From positions 288,001 to 352,000 of the forward strand of contig CAWKNZ010000002.1 in assembly GCA_963851265.1 (NCBI GenBank): a stretch of DNA of 64,000 bases, in the 5' to 3' direction. The DNA comes from an uncultured Gemmatimonadales bacterium. GTDB lineage: Bacteria; Gemmatimonadota; Gemmatimonadetes; Gemmatimonadales; Gemmatimonadaceae. The translations under genes were made by a program, and so were the position numbers. Positions within the stretch are counted from its first letter, which is position 1, and each line of letters opens with the position of its first letter. Of the stretch, positions 1-15,645 are shown piece after piece. The notes beneath the pieces were generated by a model. The model searched no databases and was not told the origin of the DNA. It saw nothing but the letters and a program-made list of their open reading frames with translations.

Positions 1-5
1 CCGAC

Positions 6-1697
6 GTGCCGACTCCCGCCTCTTCGGCGGCCCGCCGAGTGGCGCGCGGGATCGCGGTCGGATCGGTGGCCACGATGCTCGCCGCGATGCCGTACCGACT
101 GTTCGAGCTCGATCGGTTCTTCGTGCCGAAGGAGGTCGTGCTGCTCGTCGCCGCGGCCGTCGCCTGCTGGTCGGTCGCCGGCATGGTCGGGGAGCGTGCG
201 GCGGGTGACGCCGGCGCGAGCGGGGCAGGGGAACGCGCGCCGGCGCTCGATCGCGTGGTGGACGGCGCGCTGGCGACGTACCTCGCGGCGAGCGTCGCGA
301 GTGCGTGCCTCGCGCCGAGCGGCTGGTTGGCGGCGCGGGCGGTCGCGATCACGGCGGCGGGGGCGGCACTGTTCTGGACGGGGCGCGCTGCCGCGCGACG
401 GGGCGCGGGCCCGTCGATCCTCTCGGCGCTCGTCGTGGCGGTCGCGGTCGCGGCCGCGACCGCGCTCCTCCAGGCGTACGGCGTGCGCTCCGACTACTTC
501 AGCGTGAACCGTGCACCCGGCGGCACGTTCGGCAACCGGAACTTCGTCGCGCACCTCTGCGCGATCGGGTTGCCGTTGGCGGCGTACGTCGCGCTCCGGG
601 CGCGTCGGCTGGTCGCGGCGCTCGGGGCGGTCCTCACGACGCTCGCCCTCGGCGCGATGCTCGTGCTCTCGCGCAGCCGGGGGGCGTGGCTGGCGGGTGC
701 GGTGGCCGGAGTCCCGTTCGTGATCGGTCTGTTGCGCGCAGCCACGCGCGCGCGCACGGCCGCGGGCGGCGTGGTGGGAGGCTGGCGTCTGCGGCCGGGA
801 CGGGTCGTGCTGCTCCTCTCCGCCGTCGGCGCTGGGGCGGTCGCGGCAATCCGGCTGCCCAACACGCTCGACTGGCGAAGCGACTCACCCTACCTCGACT
901 CGATGAAGGGAGTCGTCGACTACAGAGGGGGAAGTGGGCGCGGCCGCCTCGCGCAGTGGAGGAACTCCGCGCTGCTGCTCGCGGCAGACCCGGTGCTCGG
1001 CGTCGGGCCGGGCAACTGGTCGGTCCGCTACCCGACCGTCGCCCCCTCGGGCGATCCGTCCGTCACCGAAGACCGCACGACGGCGAATCCGTGGCCGAGC
1101 AGCGATCTGGTGGCCGTCGCGAGCGAGCGAGGGCTGCTGGGGCTGGTCGCCTTCGGGGTGCTCGTCCTCGGCGTGGCGTTGACCGCGCACCGTGCCGTCT
1201 GGGAGACGACGCGCGCCGGTTTCGGACGACCGCCGGAGGTCGCCGCGCGTGCGCTCGCGGGCGGCGCGCTCGGAGCGGTGCTCGCCGCGACGCTGGTCGC
1301 CGGGGCGTTCGACGCGGTGCTGCTGCTGGCGGCGCCGACGCTGGTCGCATGGTCGGCGTTGGGAGCGCTCGCCGGCCTCGCGTCACCGCGTGACGGCGGA
1401 ATGCGCCCGGCAACGGCGGGCGTCGCGCGCGCCGGCGCCGTGGTGCTCGCACTCGCGGCGGGGCTGGCGGCGGCGCATGTGGCGGCCATGCCGCTCTACG
1501 AGAACGGGGGGGCTGCCGGAGTCCGTCTGGCGGCGCGGCTCGCGCCGGGTGACTACCGGATCCGCCTGCGGGCGGGCGTGTTGGCGCTCGCGCGGGGGGA
1601 TTGTCGCGCGGCGCGGGCGGACGCGGGCGCGGCCCACGAGATGGCGCCGATGGCCGGAGGGCCGAAGCGGGTGCTCGCGGGGTGCAGAAGGAGGTGA
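6..1697 (+). CDS. O-antigen ligase family (Wzy_C-like) membrane protein
   Basis: Multi-TM protein with GTFGNRN, LSRSRGAWLA and R..QW....PVLGVGPGNW motifs typical of the family. Confidence 0.75.
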   Translation: MPTPASSAARRVARGIAVGSVATMLAAMPYRLFELDRFFVPKEVVLLVAAAVACWSVAGMVGERAAGDAGASGAGERAPALDRVVDGALATYLAASVASACLAPSGWLAARAVAITAAGAALFWTGRAAARRGAGPSILSALVVAVAVAAATALLQAYGVRSDYFSVNRAPGGTFGNRNFVAHLCAIGLPLAAYVALRARRLVAALGAVLTTLALGAMLVLSRSRGAWLAGAVAGVPFVIGLLRAATRARTAAGGVVGGWRLRPGRVVLLLSAVGAGAVAAIRLPNTLDWRSDSPYLDSMKGVVDYRGGSGRGRLAQWRNSALLLAADPVLGVGPGNWSVRYPTVAPSGDPSVTEDRTTANPWPSSDLVAVASERGLLGLVAFGVLVLGVALTAHRAVWETTRAGFGRPPEVAARALAGGALGAVLAATLVAGAFDAVLLLAAPTLVAWSALGALAGLASPRDGGMRPATAGVARAGAVVLALAAGLAAAHVAAMPLYENGGAAGVRLAARLAPGDYRIRLRAGVLALARGDCRAARADAGAAHEMAPMAGGPKRVLAGCRRR

Positions 1698-1742
1698 GCG
1701 CGTTCACTATCTTCCGTTTTCCTCTCACCACTGAACCATCTC

Positions 1743-2744
1743 ATGCGCCACTCTACCATTCTTTCCACCATCGGCCGGACTCCCGTCGTCCGCCTCAACC
1801 GGCTGTTCGCCGGCAGCGGCCGCGAGGTGTGGATGAAGCTCGAGCGCGCCAACCCTGGCGCGAGCATCAAGGACCGGATCGCGCTCGCGATGATCGAGGA
1901 CGCCGAGCAGCGCGGGGTGCTCGGCCCGGACACCGTGATCGTCGAGCCGACGTCGGGGAACACCGGGATCGGGCTCGCGATGGTCGCCGCCGTCAAGGGA
2001 TACCGCCTCGTGCTGGTGATGCCCGAGAGCATGAGCGTCGAGCGGCGCCGGGTCATGGCCGCCTACGGCGCGCACCTCGAGCTCACGCCGCGCGAGCTCG
2101 GGATGAAGGGGGCCATCGCGCGCGCGCACGAACTCGTCGTCGAGCGGAACGGCGGCGCGGTGGCCGGCGCGATCGACGGCGGGGCGGAGGCGCCGCGCGC
2201 GCCGGGCGCGGGGCCGTTAGGCGCGTGGATGCCGCAGCAGTTCGAGAACCCCGCCAACGTCGACGTCCACGTGCGGACCACGGCCGAGGAGATCCTGCAG
2301 GACTTCCCCGAGGGCCTCGAGGCGATGATCACCGGCGTGGGGACCGGGGGGCACATCACCGCCTGCTCCGAGGTGCTCAAGCGGCGCTGGCCCGACCACA
2401 AGAGCTACGCGGTCGAGCCGACCAAGAGCCCCGTGCTGAGCGGCGGGACCCCGGGCCCGCACAAGCTGCAGGGGATCGGCGCGGGGTTCGTGCCGGCCAA
2501 CTACCACCGCGAGGTCGTCGACGGCGTGATCCAGGTGACCGAAGAGGACGCCTTCGAGATGGCCCGCCGCTGCGCCCGCGAGGAAGGGATCTTCGTCGGC
2601 GCGTCGAGCGGGGCGTCGCTCGCCGCGGTCGCGCAGAAGCTCCCCGAGCTGCCGGAGGGGAGCCGCGTGCTGACCTTCTGCTACGACACGGGCGAGCGCT
2701 ACCTCAGCGTCGACGGGCTGTTCCCCGCGCCGTCGCCGGTGTGA
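1743..2744 (+). CDS. cysK: Cysteine synthase A
   Basis: PLP Lys motif [39 protein letters not shown]. Confidence 0.95.
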   Translation: MRHSTILSTIGRTPVVRLNRLFAGSGREVWMKLERANPGASIKDRIALAMIEDAEQRGVLGPDTVIVEPTSGNTGIGLAMVAAVKGYRLVLVMPESMSVERRRVMAAYGAHLELTPRELGMKGAIARAHELVVERNGGAVAGAIDGGAEAPRAPGAGPLGAWMPQQFENPANVDVHVRTTAEEILQDFPEGLEAMITGVGTGGHITACSEVLKRRWPDHKSYAVEPTKSPVLSGGTPGPHKLQGIGAGFVPANYHREVVDGVIQVTEEDAFEMARRCAREEGIFVGASSGASLAAVAQKLPELPEGSRVLTFCYDTGERYLSVDGLFPAPSPV

Positions 2745-2766
2745 GCGGGGCGCGCGGGCCGGCGCG

Positions 2767-3387
2767 TCAGGCGAACGCCGACCCGGCCCGCGCGCGCTGG
2801 TCGCGCGACCGCAGGTCGCGCCACCAGTCGAGGTGGCCGCGCACGGCCAGGACGAGGAACACCGCGTAGAGCACCGCGAACGCGTACAGCCCCTTGTAGG
2901 CGAGCAGCGGGACGTACACGACGTCGACCGCGATCCAGAGCGCCCAGTTCTCGACGAGCTTGCGCGTCATCATCCACTGGGCGACGAGGCTGGTCGCGGT
3001 GAGCGTCGCGTCGACCCACGGCACCCACGCGGGGTTGTGCTGCAGCACGTCGGTGTAGCGCGTCGTGAGCGTGCCGAGCGCGAGCGCGCCGAGCACGCCC
3101 ATCACGACGAGCGCGGGGGCGCGCACGCGCGGGGTGCGCGAGACGGGCAGCTCGGTGCGTCCGGCCCCGCCGTAGAGCCACTCGTACCAGCCGTACACGC
3201 TGAGCGCGAAGTAGACGACCTGCAGCCCGGTGTCGGAGTAGAGCCGGGTGTGGTAGTACACCACGGCCGAAAGCAGCACGTTGACGATCGCGGTCGGCCA
3301 GCTCCAAATGTTCTGCCGCGCCGAGAGCCACACGCTCACGGCGCCGAACAGCGAGGCGACGACCTCGAGCGGCGAGAGCCCGAACAC
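2767..3387 (-). CDS. pnuC: Nicotinamide riboside transporter PnuC
   Basis: SVYGWYEW, PWVDA.LT..SLVAQWMMTRKLVENWALW motifs; multi-TM. Confidence 0.9.
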   Translation of the reverse strand: MFGLSPLEVVASLFGAVSVWLSARQNIWSWPTAIVNVLLSAVVYYHTRLYSDTGLQVVYFALSVYGWYEWLYGGAGRTELPVSRTPRVRAPALVVMGVLGALALGTLTTRYTDVLQHNPAWVPWVDATLTATSLVAQWMMTRKLVENWALWIAVDVVYVPLLAYKGLYAFAVLYAVFLVLAVRGHLDWWRDLRSRDQRARAGSAFA

Positions 3388-3394
3388 GCGCCGC

Positions 3395-4267
3395 CTAACG
3401 TCCGAGCCGTGCGGCGAGCGCCCCGGCGAGCGCGCGCGCGACCGGCCCCGGCGCGCCCGACCCCACCGGCCGGCCGTCGAGCCGCACGACCGGCATCACG
3501 TCCGCCGTGGTGCTCGCGACGAACAGCTCGTCCGCGCCGCGCAGCTCGGCCTCCCCGACCGCGACCTCGCGCGCCGGGATCCCGAGCCCGGCGGCCAGCT
3601 CCAGCACCACCGCCCGCGTGACGCTCGGCAGGATGCGCGGGCCTAACGGATGCGTGCGGAGTTCGCCCCGGACGACGGCGAACGCGCCCGAGTGCGACGC
3701 CTCGGTGAGCACGCCGTCGCGCAGCAGCAGCGCCTCGAACGCGCCCGCCGCCGCGGCCGCCTGCTTGGCCATCACGTTGGGCAGCAGGTTCACCGTCTTG
3801 AGGTCGCAGCGAGCCCAGCGCAGGTCGGGGTAGGTGACGGCGGCCGCCCCGCGCTCGCGCAGCGCGTCGGGCGGCTCGATGCGCTGCGCGAAGGCGTAGA
3901 GCGTGGGCGGCGTGTCGGCCGACGGGTAGGCGTGGGCCCGCGGCGCCGCGCCGCGCGTGAGCTGCGCATAGCAGAGCGCCTCGCCGTCGCCGAGCGCGTT
4001 GGCGTCGAGCAGGCGCGCCCACGCCTCGCGCACGCAGGCGGCGCCGCCCGCCCGGTCGAGCGCGAGCGCGAGCGCCGCGGCCCCGTGCGTGAGGCGCGCG
4101 AGGTGGCGCTCGAGGTCGACCATGCGGCCGCGGATCGCGCGGACCACCTCGTACACGCCGTCGCCGAAGAGGAAGCCGCGGTCGTCGGGGGAGACGCGGG
4201 CCTCGGACTTGGGAACGTACGCGCCGTCGAGGAAGACGGTCGGGTCGCTCGGCGATGCGTTGGTCAC
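3395..4267 (-). CDS. Class IV aminotransferase (D-amino-acid transaminase-like)
   Basis: DRGFLFGDGVYEV, RCDLKTVNLL, ILPSVTR; GTG start chosen inside longer ORF. Confidence 0.88.
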   Translation of the reverse strand: MTNASPSDPTVFLDGAYVPKSEARVSPDDRGFLFGDGVYEVVRAIRGRMVDLERHLARLTHGAAALALALDRAGGAACVREAWARLLDANALGDGEALCYAQLTRGAAPRAHAYPSADTPPTLYAFAQRIEPPDALRERGAAAVTYPDLRWARCDLKTVNLLPNVMAKQAAAAAGAFEALLLRDGVLTEASHSGAFAVVRGELRTHPLGPRILPSVTRAVVLELAAGLGIPAREVAVGEAELRGADELFVASTTADVMPVVRLDGRPVGSGAPGPVARALAGALAARLGR

Positions 4268-4348
4268 GGGAGACAAGTGTAGCCCGAGAGCCCTCGGCCG
4301 GACCACCCGTCCGCCGACCGTGGCGGGGGCCCGCCGGGTGGAGCCCAC

Positions 4349-5887
4349 GTGAAACGATCCCGCGCGTCGCCCGTACTGCCGCGCGTCCGAACCGTAGCGT
4401 TCGCCTCCCACCCCTCGCTCCACGTGTCGTCCCGCCCTCCCCTCGCCGGCCGGTTGTCGTCCGGCCCGTGCGCCGCCTTCGCGGCTGTCGGGCTGGCTGC
4501 GCACGTCAGCGCCCAACCACCGATGCAGACGAGACCGACGCGGTCCGCGCTGGCCACGAATCACGGGACCGTGAGGGACGCGCAACCCGCGATCCCGCGA
4601 ACGCCGGCCGGCGACGCGCTCCGCGCCTGGCTGGACGCGTTCAACAGCGCGGACACGGCGCGCATCGGCGCGTACGCCCGGCGCTTCGAGCCGAACCTCG
4701 CCATCGACGACGAGCGCGGATTCCGTGACCAGACGGGCGGGTTCGACCTGGTGACCGTCGAGCGGAGCGCGCCGCGGCACCTCGAATTCACCGTGCGCGA
4801 GCGGAAGGGTCCGACGACGGCGTACGGCATGCTGGACATGGCCGCGGACGAGCCGTTTCGCGTGCTCGCGCGCCGCTTTCAGCCGATGGGCCCCAACGTG
4901 GTCGCGGCGACGCTCCGCATCGACGCGGCCACGCGTGCGCGAACGATCGCGGGGGCGGTCGCGCGCCTCGACACGTTCTACGTGTTCCCGGACGTCGCCA
5001 GGCGCGTCGCGGACACGCTTCGTGCCCGCCTCGCCCGCGGAGCGTACGACGCAGACGGGAACGGCATCGCCTTCGCGATGCGTCTGGACGACGAGCTGGC
5101 GGAGCTCACGCACGACAAGCACCTGCACCTGATGTACAGCGTGCGCCCGCTGCCCCCCGCGCCGCCGGGGCCAGCGGCCGGCCGGCCGTCCTCCGACAGG
5201 TCGTCCGACCGGTCACCCGGCCGGTCACCCGGCCGGTCGCCCGAGGAGGCCGCGCGTGAACGGCAGCGGCTCGATGCGATGAACTGCGGCTTCGACCGGG
5301 CCGAGGTGCTGCCCGGGGGCGTCGGGTACCTCAAGTTCGACCAGTTCGCCGATCCGGATCTGTGCGGGGCCACCGCATCCGCGGCGATGACCTTCCTCGG
5401 CGGTACGCGCGCGCTCATCCTCGACCTGCGCGACAACGGCGGCGGCGATCCGGCGATGGTCGCCTACATCGCGTCGTACCTGTTCGACCGGCCCACGCAC
5501 CTCAACGATCTCTGGACGCGCAGAACGAACACGACCGAGCAGTTCTGGACGCGCGACAGCGTCGCGGGGCGGCGCTTCGGGGGCACGAAGCCGGTGTACG
5601 TGCTCACGTCGGCGCGCACGTTCTCGGGAGGCGAGGAGTTCACCTACGACCTGCAACAGTTGAAGCGGGCGACGGTCGTCGGCGAGACCACCGGCGGCGG
5701 CGCGTATCCCATGTCAGGTCACCAGATCGATGACCACTTCCTGATCGCCGTGCCGTTCGCGCGCCCCGTGAACCCGGTGACGCACGCGAATTGGGAAGGG
5801 GTCGGCGTCGTGCCGGACGTCACGGTGCGGGCCGCGGACGCGCTCGCGGCCGCGCAGCAACGCGTGCGCGCGGCGCCGCACCCGTAG
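4349..5887 (+). CDS. S41 family peptidase (IRBP-like), probably secreted
   Basis: VGYLKFDQF, LILDLRDNGGGDP, TFSGGEEF, VGETTGGGA, WEGVGVVPD; start uncertain. Confidence 0.88.
   Translation: MKRSRASPVLPRVRTVAFASHPSLHVSSRPPLAGRLSSGPCAAFAAVGLAAHVSAQPPMQTRPTRSALATNHGTVRDAQPAIPRTPAGDALRAWLDAFNSADTARIGAYARRFEPNLAIDDERGFRDQTGGFDLVTVERSAPRHLEFTVRERKGPTTAYGMLDMAADEPFRVLARRFQPMGPNVVAATLRIDAATRARTIAGAVARLDTFYVFPDVARRVADTLRARLARGAYDADGNGIAFAMRLDDELAELTHDKHLHLMYSVRPLPPAPPGPAAGRPSSDRSSDRSPGRSPGRSPEEAARERQRLDAMNCGFDRAEVLPGGVGYLKFDQFADPDLCGATASAAMTFLGGTRALILDLRDNGGGDPAMVAYIASYLFDRPTHLNDLWTRRTNTTEQFWTRDSVAGRRFGGTKPVYVLTSARTFSGGEEFTYDLQQLKRATVVGETTGGGAYPMSGHQIDDHFLIAVPFARPVNPVTHANWEGVGVVPDVTVRAADALAAAQQRVRAAPHP
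5189..5245 (+). repeat. 12-bp degenerate tandem repeat in S41 peptidase (SSDR-SSDR-SPGR-SPGR-SPEE)
   Basis: Visible in DNA and translation. Confidence 0.7.
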
Positions 5888-5926
5888 CGGAGCGCCGCGC
5901 GACCGTCGTCGCCGTCGGGAACCGCT

Positions 5927-8272
<2,346 letters not shown>

Positions 8273-8330
8273 CCGCCAACAGTACGACGCCCGGCCGACA
8301 ACTGTTGGGGGCGGGCGGTGTAAGTTCGGG

Positions 8331-9278
8331 ATGTCTTCGGTTTATGGCGATCTCGACCTGCCGCGCTTCGCGCGCGCGTACGGCGTCGACTTCAGCGGCG
8401 CGCGGCTGGCGGGGCGGACGACGTGGGTGGCGCGCCTCGATCTCGCGGGCGACGGCGGGCCGCCGCGCCTCGCCGCGCTCGACCGGCTCGACCGCCTGGC
8501 GGGGACGGCGGAGCGGGGGCCCGCGCTGGCGCACCTCGTCACCATGGTGCGCGGCTCCGCCGACGCGCTCTGGGCGTTCGACTGCCCGTTCGGGCTGCCG
8601 GTCGAGCTGCTGCCGGCACGCGCGGGGTGGGCGGCGCAGCGCCGCCTGGTGCGCGAGTGGGGGGACGACGCCTACGGGCTCGGGCTGGAGTGCGTGCGCC
8701 GGGCGCGGGCGTTAGGCGGTCCGCTGCACGTCCGGCGGCTCACGGACGGGGACGCGCGCGCGCCGTTCGACCCCTACCACTACCGCATCATCTACCAGAC
8801 GTTCTACGGCGTGCGGGACGTCGCGGGGCCGCTCGCGGCCGACGCGGGCACGGCGGTGCTGCCGTTCCAGTACCGGAAGCTCGCCCGCGGCAGGCTCGGG
8901 CGTGGCAAGCTCGGCCGCGACCGGCGGCCGCGGCGCGAGGGTGTGGGCGATCGCGCCAGCGGGCCGGCCGCGCGGCGCGTCGTGGTCGAGACGTGCCCGG
9001 GGTCGACGTTGCGGCGGTGGGGGCTGCCGTTCCAGCGGTACAAGCAGCCGGAGGGCGGGGCGCTGACGGCGGTACGGCGCCGCACGCGGCGGGCGATCGT
9101 CGACGGCGTGTGTGCGCGGGTGGTCGTGGGGCCGGCGTTCGTCCGGCGGATGATGCGGGACCCGGGCGGGGACGCGCTGGACGCGGTGGTCGCGGCGGCC
9201 GGCGGGCTCGAAGGGGTGTTAGGCGCGGACCACGCGGCGGGAGGGCGCTACCGGCGGGAGGGGCGCCTGTTCTTCTGA
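8331..9278 (+). CDS. DUF429-like predicted RNase H-fold nuclease
   Basis: YGVDFSGA, AFDCPFGLP, VVETCP, DALDAVVAA motifs. Confidence 0.7.
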   Translation: MSSVYGDLDLPRFARAYGVDFSGARLAGRTTWVARLDLAGDGGPPRLAALDRLDRLAGTAERGPALAHLVTMVRGSADALWAFDCPFGLPVELLPARAGWAAQRRLVREWGDDAYGLGLECVRRARALGGPLHVRRLTDGDARAPFDPYHYRIIYQTFYGVRDVAGPLAADAGTAVLPFQYRKLARGRLGRGKLGRDRRPRREGVGDRASGPAARRVVVETCPGSTLRRWGLPFQRYKQPEGGALTAVRRRTRRAIVDGVCARVVVGPAFVRRMMRDPGGDALDAVVAAAGGLEGVLGADHAAGGRYRREGRLFF

Positions 9279-9353
9279 GCGCGCGGCGAGCGGGGCGTCC
9301 GTTCCGGCCGCACGCACGCCGCCGCACTCACCGCGCTGCACCGTTCCCGCCGC

Positions 9354-9551
9354 TCAGCCCCGCCGCACTCCCGCGCGCGAGTCGGGGAGGAAGCTGAACG
9401 TGCACCCCCCGCCCGGCGTGCAATTTCCGGTGACCGCTCCCGTCTGAAGCGTCAACTGCTGCAGCGGCGGGAGTTGCACGAGGGCGGGGGCCGTCCAGGG
9501 GCGGCGCGTCGGCACGGCGTCGCGCGCCGCGGGCGTGGGAAGGTCGGACAC
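9354..9551 (-). CDS. Small peptide with RiPP-like leader (WxxPxL...LT)
   Basis: 65 aa from GTG: ...RRPWTAPALVQLPPLQQLTLQTGAVTGNCTPGGGCTFSF...; occupies otherwise empty intergenic space. Confidence 0.55.
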   Translation of the reverse strand: MSDLPTPAARDAVPTRRPWTAPALVQLPPLQQLTLQTGAVTGNCTPGGGCTFSFLPDSRAGVRRG

Positions 9552-9742
9552 CGGGCAGGTCGTCAGAGGGCGGAAGCGGATGGCGAACGGCGCGGGACAC
9601 CCGCGGATCTCACCCGCGGGGGCCGTCGTCTGTGGCACTGACGCCGCGTGTGGCGCGCGCGCAACACGCACCGATCGCGTCACGCACGCCCATCACGCAC
9701 GGCTCACACGCCCACCACGCGTACGCCCGGCACGTGGCCCCG

Positions 9743-10651
9743 TTACCGACCGGCCGCAGGCGCCCCGCCACCCGCCGCCCGCCACGGGGCGACGAGTGCG
9801 TCGCTCGCCGTCCACAGGCGCTCACCGACGGCGTCGTCGAGCGCCTGTGGCGCCGGCTCGGCCGGCGCCTCGTGCGACCAGTAACCGCCCGTCGTCCGCC
9901 CCGCCTCCGCGCCGGTCGCGACCACGACCGACGTCGCCGCGCCGCGCTCCGTGCTGATCCCGCCGTTCGACCCGAAGCCGTCGCGCAGCAGCTTGGTCTT
10001 CACCACGCCGGGGTGCAGCGCGTGCGACACCACGGCGCGCGCATCGGTCCGCCGGGCGAGCGCACGCGCGAAGAGCACGTTCGCGAGCTTCGAATCGGCG
10101 TAGGCCGCGCCGCCCGAGTACCGCCGCTCGGCCTGCAGGTCGTCGAAATCGATCCGCCCGCGGGCGTGCAGCTCCGACGCGACCGTCGCCACGCGCGCGG
10201 GGCCCGCGGGCCCGCGCGCGCGCCCCGTCGCCTCCAGCAGCGGCAGCAGCTCGAGGGTCATCAGGAAATGCGCGAGGTGGTTCACCGCGAACGTCAGCTC
10301 GTAGCCGTCGGCCGAGACGTGGCGGGCGCCCCCTCGGAACGCGACGCCGGCGTTGTTCACCAGCACGTCGAGCCGCGGCGCGGCACCACCGGGGTCCGCG
10401 GCGCGCAGCTCGGCCGCGAGCCGCGCGACGTCCGCGAGGCGGGCCAGGTCGGCCACCGCGGGGCGCGCCTGGCCGCCCGCGGCCGCGATCGCGTCGGCCA
10501 CCGCGGCCGCGCGCGCCGGGTCGCGCCCGTGCACGAGGACCGCGAACCCCCGCCGCGCGAGCGACTCGGCCGTCGCGCGGCCGATGCCGTCCGTGGCACC
10601 GGTGACGAGGGCGACGGGGGTGGACGGTGAAAACGGAGCAGCGACGGACAT
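9743..10651 (-). CDS. Short-chain dehydrogenase/reductase (retinol dehydrogenase-like)
   Basis: TGATDGIG, NNAG, FAVNHLAHF, YADSK catalytic motif. Confidence 0.92.
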   Translation of the reverse strand: MSVAAPFSPSTPVALVTGATDGIGRATAESLARRGFAVLVHGRDPARAAAVADAIAAAGGQARPAVADLARLADVARLAAELRAADPGGAAPRLDVLVNNAGVAFRGGARHVSADGYELTFAVNHLAHFLMTLELLPLLEATGRARGPAGPARVATVASELHARGRIDFDDLQAERRYSGGAAYADSKLANVLFARALARRTDARAVVSHALHPGVVKTKLLRDGFGSNGGISTERGAATSVVVATGAEAGRTTGGYWSHEAPAEPAPQALDDAVGERLWTASDALVAPWRAAGGGAPAAGR

Positions 10652-10728
10652 GGCGCAGAGCGGGTGGCAGGTCGGGCGGCGTACGCGAGGCGAACTCAAG
10701 TCGCGGTGTGGGTTATACTTAGCGAGTC

Positions 10729-12408
<1,680 letters not shown>

Positions 12409-12473
12409 CGCGCACCCGGCGAAGCGGGGGTTGACACTTTCGCACCCTCGGAGCCGTCGGGGGTAGCACGCTG

Positions 12474-14122
<1,649 letters not shown>

Positions 14123-14126
<4 letters not shown>

Positions 14127-14656
14127 CCCGCTTCCTCAGCCGCTCGGCCGTGCTGCTTGCCTGCGCGACCGCCGTCCCATCCGCCGCGGTGTACGCCCAG
14201 ACCGCGCCCGCGCGGGCGGCGGCCACCGCGCAGCCCGCGGCGCAGCACCCCGACCTCTCGGGCACGTGGGAGCTCAACGTCGCGAAGAGCACCTTCGCGC
14301 AGGGCGCGCCGGCCAAGGGGACGATGACGCTCGTCCAGGCCGGCGACAAGATCACCACGACGCAGACGATCGAGACGCCGATGGGCACCGCGACCAACAC
14401 GATGCGCCACACCGTGGGCGTGGCCACGACCGACACGATCAACGCGGCCGGGCAGCAGACGCCGTTCACCTCCACCGCGCGCTGGGATAACGCGACCTTC
14501 GTCATCGAGGGCAAGGTCGTCGTGCAGGGCACCGACATCCCGGTCGTCAGCCGCTACACGCTCACCCCCGACGGCAGGCAGCTCATCGTCGACCAGACGA
14601 TCACGACGCCGATCGGCGAGCTGCCCTCGCACTTCGTGTACGAGCGGAAGGGCTGA
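14123..14656 (+). CDS. Secreted beta-barrel (lipocalin/FABP-like) hypothetical protein
   Basis: Signal peptide then PDLSGTWELNVAKS; beta-rich; ATGA overlap with upstream stop. Confidence 0.65.
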
Positions 14657-14663
14657 CGCGCGC

Positions 14664-15524
14664 CTACCCCGCCGTCGCCGTGCTCGTCGTGCGGCGGGGT
14701 TTCGCGGCCGGCTTCGGTGCCGGCGCCGGCCGCTCGGGAGGCTTCTGCTCCGCCGCCTTCTCCGCGCCCGGCGGCAGCGACACCGCGCGGATCACGCGCG
14801 CGCTGTCGATCGCGTCGAGCTTGGGAAATTGCGCGGCGAGGTACGCGTTCCCCTCGGCCGCGATGCGGTCCTGGTCGGGCCCGCGCCCGGCCGGAGCGCC
14901 CTCGCCGTAGCCGCCGTACAGCGAGTCGACGGTCTCCATCCCGAGCACCACGCGGCCTAACGGCGCGAAGCCGAGCTTGTCGAGCCGCTGGTTGTTGGCG
15001 AGGTTGACGAACAGCTGCGTCGTGCGCGTGTTGGGCCCCGCGGTGGCGAAGCTGACGAAGCCGCGCAGGTTGGTGCGTCGCACGGGGTCGTCGCGGATCG
15101 TGCGCGTCTCCCACACCTTGTTCACGCGCGGGTCGCCCGGCGCGCCCCACTGCGCCGCGAAGCGCGGCAGCACGCGGAAGAAGCGCGCGCCGTCGTAGAA
15201 CCCGTTGGTCACGAGGTAGAACAGCCGGTCGGACCCGCGCGGCGCCCACCCGCGCGTCACGCGCACGACGAACGGCCCCCGCGTGGTCGAGAAGCGCACG
15301 TCGAAGGTGTCGGGCGCCGCGCGGTGCTCGACGGCGGTGTCGGGGTCGAGCAGCAGGTTGCGGCGCGCGCCGCCCGGCGTGGGGGCCTCCTCGGCGCGCG
15401 GCCCGCGCGAGCACGCCGCGACGAACGCGGTGCAGGCGGCGGCCGCGAGCGCGCCGAGGACGAACGTAGGCCCGCGGCGAGCGCGGGCGGACGGCAGGTG
15501 CAGGAGCGACATCGGGACGAACAT
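14664..15524 (-). CDS. Cyclophilin-type peptidyl-prolyl isomerase, probable lipoprotein
   Basis: FYDGARFFRV, FATAGPNTRTTQLFVN, LDKLGFAPLGRV. Confidence 0.9.
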   Translation of the reverse strand: MFVPMSLLHLPSARARRGPTFVLGALAAAACTAFVAACSRGPRAEEAPTPGGARRNLLLDPDTAVEHRAAPDTFDVRFSTTRGPFVVRVTRGWAPRGSDRLFYLVTNGFYDGARFFRVLPRFAAQWGAPGDPRVNKVWETRTIRDDPVRRTNLRGFVSFATAGPNTRTTQLFVNLANNQRLDKLGFAPLGRVVLGMETVDSLYGGYGEGAPAGRGPDQDRIAAEGNAYLAAQFPKLDAIDSARVIRAVSLPPGAEKAAEQKPPERPAPAPKPAAKPRRTTSTATAG

Positions 15525-15645
15525 GGTGCGGTCTACCCCACCGGCACGGCGGGGAACGACCACAACATCGCACGCGGGTGATCCGCCGCACAGACCCGTC
15601 GACGCCCTCGCAACCGCAGCAGGCGAGCTACAGGATCGGCGGATG

